A stretch of DNA of 64,000 bases, from contig OZ219856.1 in assembly GCA_964291395.2 (NCBI GenBank), positions 544,001 to 608,000 on the forward strand, given 5' to 3'. Origin of the DNA: Alphaproteobacteria bacterium. GTDB taxonomy: Bacteria; Pseudomonadota; Alphaproteobacteria; UBA2966. The position numbers and the translations under genes are program-made. The notes under the pieces were generated by a model. It did not search any database. It was not told the DNA's origin and saw only the letters and a program-made list of their open reading frames with translations. This document shows positions 57,860-64,000 of the stretch, piece by piece (positions within the stretch are counted from its first letter, which is position 1; each line of letters begins with the position of its first letter).

Positions 57860-59095
57860 CTATTCCGCCGTCTTGGCCAGGTATTCAACGACGGTGTCCC
57901 GATCCCAGCCCAGCCATTCCTGCAGCGTTTCCTCGGTGTGCTGACCGAGCAGGGGCGGCGGCGCCATCTCGGCCTGCGCGCCCGACATGAGCCAGGGCGG
58001 ACCCACGACCCGAATCTTGCCGGACGCCGGATGGTCCAGCGTGCGGACCAAACCACGAAAACCGACCTGCTCGTCCTCGAGCGCTTCGAGATAGGTGTTC
58101 ACGCGGGCGTACGGCAGCTTCTCTTCCTCCAGAACCTTGACGCACTCGTCATAGGTGAGCTCCGCGACGCGCCGGGCGGTCCGCTCGTCGAGAAATTCCC
58201 GCGCGGCGACGCGGTCCGCGCCGCCGGCATACCGCGGATCGTCCAGAAGATCGACGAAGCCCATGGCCGTGCAGAAACGGGTCCAGTGCCGGTCGTTCTG
58301 GACGATCAGCGAAATGTAAACGCCGTCTTTGGTCAAGTAGGTGTTGGCGGGTACGCGCATCGGATTCTGATTGCCGTGGCGGCCGGGGTTGCGGCCGGCT
58401 TGCAGGGGCTCGCCCATGCGGGGGCCGAGCGCCGAGAGCGTCGCGTCCTGCATGGAGACGTCGATGTGCCGTCCCTTGCCGCTGCGTTCCACGGCATGAA
58501 GGGCGCTGACGATGGCGTATGCCGCGAACATGCCGGCCATGACGTCGGACAGGGGCGCGCCTACCATCGTTGGCGGGGAGTCGGGCTCGCCGTTGACCGT
58601 CATCAAGCCCGTGACCGCCTGGATCATGGGATCGAGAGCGTAGCGGTCCCGCGACGGTCCGGTCTGGCCGAAGCCCGCAAGGCTGCAGTAAACCAGTTTG
58701 GGGTTGAGTGGCCTCAGATCCTCCCAGCCCATGCCGAGGCGGTGGGCCGTTCCCGGGGAGAAGTTCTCCACCACGACGTCGGCGACTTTGGCGAGGTCCT
58801 GCCCGATGGCGCGGTCGCCCGGGTTCTTGAGGTCGAGAGCGATGCTCTTCTTCGAGCGGTTGGTGGCGTAGAAATAGTCCTCGTGGCCTTCGCGGCCGGG
58901 ATAGCGTCCCACGGACCGCAAATCGTCGCCGTGTCCGGGTCGTTCGATTTTGAGGACCTCGGCCCCGAGATCCGCCAGCATCAGCGTCGCGTAAGGGCCG
59001 GCGATGACTTGCGTCAGGTCGACGACGCGGAACCCGGCGAGGGGCGGAAGATCGTCCGGGCCTTCCGCCGCGCCGGTCAAGTCCTCTTCGGACAC
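57860..59095 (-). CDS. Family III (CaiB/BaiF) CoA-transferase
   Basis: PLAGFRVVDLTQVIAGPY, NRSKKSIALDLK, ENFSPG, GFGQTGP, PPLLGQHT. Confidence 0.93.
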   Translation of the reverse strand: MSEEDLTGAAEGPDDLPPLAGFRVVDLTQVIAGPYATLMLADLGAEVLKIERPGHGDDLRSVGRYPGREGHEDYFYATNRSKKSIALDLKNPGDRAIGQDLAKVADVVVENFSPGTAHRLGMGWEDLRPLNPKLVYCSLAGFGQTGPSRDRYALDPMIQAVTGLMTVNGEPDSPPTMVGAPLSDVMAGMFAAYAIVSALHAVERSGKGRHIDVSMQDATLSALGPRMGEPLQAGRNPGRHGNQNPMRVPANTYLTKDGVYISLIVQNDRHWTRFCTAMGFVDLLDDPRYAGGADRVAAREFLDERTARRVAELTYDECVKVLEEEKLPYARVNTYLEALEDEQVGFRGLVRTLDHPASGKIRVVGPPWLMSGAQAEMAPPPLLGQHTEETLQEWLGWDRDTVVEYLAKTAE

Positions 59096-59107
59096 GGCGC
59101 CCCGGCG

Positions 59108-59896
59108 CTATTTGCCTTGCCAGACGGGATCGCGCTTCTCCCTGAAGGCCAGGATGCCTTCCTTGGAATCCTCGCTCTCCAGGACGCGGTCGGCGACTTG
59201 GCGGGCTAGCCGCAGGCGCGCCTCGAGCGGCAACTCCAGGCAACGGCGGGCGGCTTCCTTCAGGCCTTGCACGGCGAGCGGTGCGTTCGCGAGGATCTCG
59301 TCAGCCCAGCGCTCGGCCACCTCCAAGAGTTCGTCCTTGCCTCCCGTCACGACCTCGTTGCAGAGACCGAGCCGATAGGCTTCCTCGGCCGAAATTTGTT
59401 TACCTCTCAGCATGTAGCCCATGGCCGTCGGCCAGACCATTGCGTGGGCCCCCTGCGTCGGACCCGACACGGACGAGATGCCGCGTTTCACCTGGGGCCA
59501 GCCGATGCTGGCGTTCTCCGTCATCAGCACGATGTCGGAGCTCAGCGCGAAGCCCGCGCCTTGCGCCATACAGGCGCCCTGAAGCGCCACGATAATCGGT
59601 TTGTAGACCGTCCGCATGTACACGAAGAGCTCGTCGTTGGAATAGACGGTACCGTCATCGGCGTCGGGGTCCACCTGCTCCAGGAGGTCCTTTCCGGCGC
59701 AGAAGACCTTGCCTTCGGCATCGATGATCGCGAGCCAGATGTCCGGATTCGTCTTGATGTCGAACAGGGCGTTCTGGATCTCCCTGCGCATCTGGCGGGT
59801 GAGGGCGTTCGCCTTTTCCGGACGCTTCAGCGTGATGCGCGCGACGTGGTTCTCGACCTCATAGCTCGTTTGTTCGCGGTTGATGATGAGTGCCAT
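59108..59896 (-). CDS. Enoyl-CoA hydratase/isomerase (crotonase) family protein
   Basis: RPEKANAL, FCAGKDL, KPIIVAL, AEEAYRLGL, EGILAFREKRDPVW. Confidence 0.9.
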   Translation of the reverse strand: MALIINREQTSYEVENHVARITLKRPEKANALTRQMRREIQNALFDIKTNPDIWLAIIDAEGKVFCAGKDLLEQVDPDADDGTVYSNDELFVYMRTVYKPIIVALQGACMAQGAGFALSSDIVLMTENASIGWPQVKRGISSVSGPTQGAHAMVWPTAMGYMLRGKQISAEEAYRLGLCNEVVTGGKDELLEVAERWADEILANAPLAVQGLKEAARRCLELPLEARLRLARQVADRVLESEDSKEGILAFREKRDPVWQGK

Positions 59897-60005
59897 GCTT
59901 CGTCCTTTCCATTGCCGCGCGCTGGCGTCGTGCGAACCCGTCACGTCGCTGGAGACCCGACACGGACTCCTGCCGCCCCGTGGCGCCGGGGGCCGAAATT
60001 GAAAG

Positions 60006-60034
60006 CGGGAGGTGCGCGCTTTGCGCACCTCCCG
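60006..60034 (-). terminator. Stem-loop after the dctP-like gene (terminator or mRNA stabiliser)
   Basis: 12-bp stem CGGGAGGTGCGC-gcttt-GCGCACCTCCCG; weak U-tract on the minus strand. Confidence 0.6.
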
Positions 60035-60063
60035 TACCGGGGTGACCGGACTACGTCAAGTCC

Positions 60064-61113
60064 TTACAAGACTCCGGCCTTCTTCATCTTGTCGATGATG
60101 TCGTTCATGCCCTGGTCGGCGAGCACGCGCTCGGCCTCCTTCGGGTCGAACGTACCCTTGAGGCTCTGCCAGGCTTTGACGGCGCCGTCGCGCCACAGCT
60201 TGGCTTCGTCCTCCGTCGGCTCGTACATGTTGACGCCTTTGGCTTCGAGCTCTTTCCAGGAGCTCACTTCCCAGGCCTTGTCGGCTTCGAAGATAACTTC
60301 CGTCATGTGCTGGCCGACCTTGTCCGTGGCTTCCTGGGCCCACTTGGGCAGGTCCAGGTAGCGCGCCCGGTCCATCACCATCACGTTGCCGCCCCACAGG
60401 CCGCCGGTCTTGGTGAAATGGGTGATGACTTCGTACATCTTGACTTGGTAGAGCCAAGGCCACGGAATGTACATGCCGTTCACGACCTTGTTCTGCAGGC
60501 CTTCCCACATCTGCGCCCAATCGTAAGGCGTGGCTATCGCGCCCCAGGCCTTTACGATGCTGAATTCCGCCGGGCTCTTGGTCGTGCGGATCTTGATGCC
60601 CTTGAGGTCGGACGGCACCTTGATCTGCTTGATGTTGTTGTTGAGGCCGCGGAAGCCGCCGGACGGGAAGATCGCCATCGTCTGGACCTTCTCCTCCTGT
60701 TGGGCTCGCTCGACGAGTCTCTTCGCCAGCCAGCCGTCCAGAACCTTCCTGGCGCCTTCCGAGTCCTTGAAGATATAGGGGAGTTCGGTGAAGTTCATCG
60801 TCAGGCCGAACGCCCCCATGTTGCCGGTCGACAGGATCGTCGTATCCACCGAGCGGATGCGTGCGTATTCGACGCATTGGTGTTCGACGCAGAGGTCGCC
60901 GGTCAGGTGGAACTTCACCTTGATCTTGCCGTCCGTGAGCTCGTCGTATTTGTTCTGGAAGTCCCGGAGCACCATTCTGCGGGACGCCACGGTCTCCGGT
61001 CCCGTCGCCGCGAATACGAGGTCTATGGTCTCCTCGGCCGTCGCGGTCCCGATGCTCGTCGTGGCCATAAGGGCGGCCGCACCCGCAATCGTTGAAATGT
61101 TGGCTATTCGCAT
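60064..61113 (-). CDS. TRAP transporter substrate-binding protein (DctP family)
   Basis: Signal peptide; LPYIF, GFRGL, PSDLKGIKIR, GLQNKVVNG; ATG 61113 after AGGAGG. Confidence 0.88.
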   Translation of the reverse strand: MRIANISTIAGAAALMATTSIGTATAEETIDLVFAATGPETVASRRMVLRDFQNKYDELTDGKIKVKFHLTGDLCVEHQCVEYARIRSVDTTILSTGNMGAFGLTMNFTELPYIFKDSEGARKVLDGWLAKRLVERAQQEEKVQTMAIFPSGGFRGLNNNIKQIKVPSDLKGIKIRTTKSPAEFSIVKAWGAIATPYDWAQMWEGLQNKVVNGMYIPWPWLYQVKMYEVITHFTKTGGLWGGNVMVMDRARYLDLPKWAQEATDKVGQHMTEVIFEADKAWEVSSWKELEAKGVNMYEPTEDEAKLWRDGAVKAWQSLKGTFDPKEAERVLADQGMNDIIDKMKKAGVL

Positions 61114-61845
61114 ACCTGTCCTCCTGTGGGTTGCATGCGCCAGACGCGTTGCCGCCGAGGACAGCGCGCCGAACCGACTGTTACCACGCCACCTGAAGTT
61201 CATGGTAAACCCAGGTCGCCCGGCTTCCTAGAAGAAAACCTGACCGGAATACCGATGTAAGCCTTTGTCAAAAAGCGCTTCGCTTTCTCGGCAGGCCTTG
61301 AGTGGGCGGCGGCGCTGTGTATCGCGAACCGGCCGCTCATCTCGTGTTCCCGATGCGGGGCCTGAGCCGAGGCGGCCGCGGGCTCCGCCGGTGGGAGACA
61401 GGGTTATAGAATTTACTCATATGAATCAGAAGAAAACGGTATTTGATCTCATGTATGAGCACCGTCATGATCCAGGATGATTCTGGTGGGTGGTAAGCAC
61501 GCGGCAACGCCGTCGGCCGCCGGACGGGGAAGGAGATCAGAAAACCCCGTCCGGTGGCCTGGGCACCCTCAGGCGGCCTCCCGGTTCGCCCTCGGGTGCG
61601 GTCCGTGTCCGCCTCCCTTTCGTCCTCGACGACTGACCCTCTTCCCCTGCAGGCAACAGAAACGGCACTGATTGCCCACTCGCAAGAGCAAGCCGGCGCC
61701 GAGGCGTGGGGGATTGGCCACGGACCGAAAGCTTACCATTTCCTCCCGCAGGCGGAAGGCTGATTCGCCACGGGCGCCTGCGGGCTGCCGATTCCTGAGG
61801 AACCGCCGCTTGGCCTTTTCGGCACCGAGGCGGTAAACCCACGTT

Positions 61846-63297
61846 CTAGTTCAGGTGGCTGAGGACGGTCTGGACGCTTTCCTTGGCGTCGCCGAAGAGC
61901 ATGCGGGCATTCTCCTTGAAGAACAGCGGGTTTTCGACCCCGGCATAGCCCGTCGCCAGGCTGCGCTTGAGCACCACCACCGTGCGCGCGTTCCACACCT
62001 CCAGCACCGGCATGCCCGAGATCGGGCTGTTCGGGTCCTCCGCCGCCGCCGGGTTCACGATGTCGTTGGCGCCGATCACCAGCACCGCGTCCGTCTCCGG
62101 GAAGTCCTCGTTGATGTCGTCCATCTCCAGCACGATGTCGTAGGGTACCTTGGCGTCCGCCAGCAGCACGTTCATGTGACCGGGCAGTCGTCCCGCCACC
62201 GGGTGGATCCCGAAGCGCACGTTCGCGCCCTTCGTCCTGAGCTTCTCCACCACGTCGCTCACCGAGTTCTGCGCCTGCGCCACCGCCATGCCGTAACCGG
62301 GCACGATGATCACGTTCCTGGCGCCCTCGAGAAGCTCCGCCGTCTCCTCGTGCGTGATCGACACCGCATCGCCGTGCGCGCCCGCGCTGACCGTACCCCC
62401 TTCCGTGCCGAAGCCGCCGAGAATGACGCTGACGAAGTTCCGGTTCATCGCCCGGCACATGATGTAGCTGAGGATCGCTCCGCTCGAGCCCACCAACGCG
62501 CCCGTGACGATCAACAGGTCGTTCCCCAGCATGAACCCCGTCGCCGCCGCCGCCCAGCCCGAGTAGCTGTTCAGCACCGAGACCACCACCGGCATGTCGG
62601 CGCCGCCGATGGCCAGCACGAAGTGGATGCCGAGCATGCCCCCCAGCACGATCACGGCCAGCAGCAGCAGCAACCCGACCGACCCCATGGGCAGATATGC
62701 GGGGTCGAGGTGCAACGGCGCCAGCAGCGAGGGCCCGGGCACGCCCCCGCTGCCTGCCAGCAGGAACTCGTAGCCGAGCCAGAGCAGCGCGACGGCGATA
62801 CCCAAGTTGAGCCAGTTGCGGCCGGGCAGAAGCACCGGGCGGCCCGAGATCAACGCCTGCAGCTTGGCGAACGCGATCATCGAGCCCGTGAACGTCACGA
62901 TGCCGATGAGCGCGCTCAAGTAGATCTCCACGTCAAGGATGATCAGTTCCGCCCGCGTGAGATTCGTCGACGGGTTCAGGTGGCTCGCGACCGCCACCAG
63001 CACCGCCGCCAGCCCCACCAGGCTGTTCAGCACCGCCACGAGTTGCGGCATCTGCGTCATCTCGACCTTGAGGGCAACGGTCACCCCCAGGAGGCCCCCG
63101 ATCGCCACCGCGGGGATCAGAACGGCGTAGTTCGTAACGGTGCCCGTCATCGCGGTCGCCGCGACGGCGATGATCATGCCGAGAACGCCGTAGACGTTCC
63201 CGCGCCGGGCGGTCTCCTGATGGCTGAGCCCGCCCAGACTCAATATGAACAGGATGCTCGCCCCGATGTAGGAAACCGCCAGAAGTCCGCTGGTCAC
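61846..63297 (-). CDS. pntB: NAD(P) transhydrogenase beta subunit
   Basis: [52 protein letters not shown]. Confidence 0.97.
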   Translation of the reverse strand: MTSGLLAVSYIGASILFILSLGGLSHQETARRGNVYGVLGMIIAVAATAMTGTVTNYAVLIPAVAIGGLLGVTVALKVEMTQMPQLVAVLNSLVGLAAVLVAVASHLNPSTNLTRAELIILDVEIYLSALIGIVTFTGSMIAFAKLQALISGRPVLLPGRNWLNLGIAVALLWLGYEFLLAGSGGVPGPSLLAPLHLDPAYLPMGSVGLLLLLAVIVLGGMLGIHFVLAIGGADMPVVVSVLNSYSGWAAAATGFMLGNDLLIVTGALVGSSGAILSYIMCRAMNRNFVSVILGGFGTEGGTVSAGAHGDAVSITHEETAELLEGARNVIIVPGYGMAVAQAQNSVSDVVEKLRTKGANVRFGIHPVAGRLPGHMNVLLADAKVPYDIVLEMDDINEDFPETDAVLVIGANDIVNPAAAEDPNSPISGMPVLEVWNARTVVVLKRSLATGYAGVENPLFFKENARMLFGDAKESVQTVLSHLN

Positions 63298-63307
63298 GAC
63301 GCTTCGC

Positions 63308-64000
63308 TCAGCTCTTGCGGAACATCTGCAGCATGCGCTGGGTCACCACGAACCCGCCGGCGATGTTGATGGTCGCGATCACCACCGCCGCGGCCGCCAG
63401 GATCACGATCAGGGTCGAGGAGTTCGACACCATCAGGAGCGGCCCGACGATGACGATCCCGCTGATCGCGTTGGTCACGCTCATCAGAGGCGTATGGAGC
63501 GCCGGTGTGACGTTCCAGATCACCTGCCATCCGACGAAGCACGAGAGGACGAAGATGGTGAAGTGCACCATGAACGAGGTCGGCGCATAGAGGCCGACCC
63601 CATAGAGGATCGAGCCTCCGATCAGCATGGTGATCACCGACTTGATGCCGTCGTTCAGGCCCTTCTCCGGCGGTTCCTCTCCCGGTTCTTCGGTCGCGGG
63701 CGGCGGCGCCGCGCTCGGGGCCGCCGCCGGCGCCGGCGGCGGCCATGTCACTTCGCCGCCTTTGAGCACCGTAGCGCCCCGGATCAGGTCGTCCTCCATG
63801 TCGACGACGATGCGACCGTCCTGGCCGGGTGTCAGATCGTCCATCAGGTGATAGAGGTTCCTGGCATAGAGCTCGCTCGACTGGGTCGCCATGCGGCTCG
63901 GCAGATCCGTAAAGCCGATGATCGAAACACCGTGCTGCACCGTCACCTCCCCCGGCCGGGTCAGCTCGCAGTTGCCGCCCTGTTCGGCAGCCAGATCGAC
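63308..64000 (-). CDS. pntA: NAD(P) transhydrogenase alpha subunit, 3' part (start outside the window)
   Basis: [53 protein letters not shown]. Confidence 0.95.
   Translation of the reverse strand, partial: VDLAAEQGGNCELTRPGEVTVQHGVSIIGFTDLPSRMATQSSELYARNLYHLMDDLTPGQDGRIVVDMEDDLIRGATVLKGGEVTWPPPAPAAAPSAAPPPATEEPGEEPPEKGLNDGIKSVITMLIGGSILYGVGLYAPTSFMVHFTIFVLSCFVGWQVIWNVTPALHTPLMSVTNAISGIVIVGPLLMVSNSSTLIVILAAAAVVIATINIAGGFVVTQRMLQMFRKS

Noticed and set aside
61250-61840. Riboswitch or ncRNA upstream of dctP
   Set aside because: AT-rich patch with small palindromes (CTCATGTATGAG), but no recognisable RNA family consensus; an Rfam search would be needed.

Overview
GC-rich proteobacterial chromosomal segment (the metK is alphaproteobacterial-type) packed with catabolic and transport genes. 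I saw no rRNA, tRNA, CRISPR array or intact mobile element. Contents, in order: a Liv-type ABC transporter with a divergent GntR/FadR regulator; a probable IS1380 scar; a PrdB/GrdB-family selenoprotein that the ORF track splits at an in-frame UGA (M-U-P-V-C, with a SECIS-like hairpin right behind it); a CmcJ-like oxygenase; an Xsc-like ThDP enzyme; an ActP-type symporter module with an exonuclease-CBS-DUF294 fusion; three TauD dioxygenases; BCCP plus two tandem carboxyltransferases that lack the conserved metal-binding Lys; a Pot-type ABC/acyl-CoA operon; a ComA-like phosphosulfolactate synthase next to a YihU-like (G-R-T motif) reductase; ArsR-SRPBCC-GST; Sel1 proteins (one broken); a non-canonical sdhB-D-C-A plus fumarase-like operon; an adenylate cyclase; metK; a PuuE-like deacetylase with a small AtzG/GatC-like protein and two amidases; a CoA-transferase/crotonase/DctP operon; and pntAB. 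The best-supported unusual signal is the hidden selenoprotein. The most interesting hypothesis is an undescribed C3-organosulfonate metabolism (ComA + YihU-like reductase, with SDH/fumarase paralogues acting on sulfonate analogues). All family calls come from motifs recognised by eye; no database searches were run.
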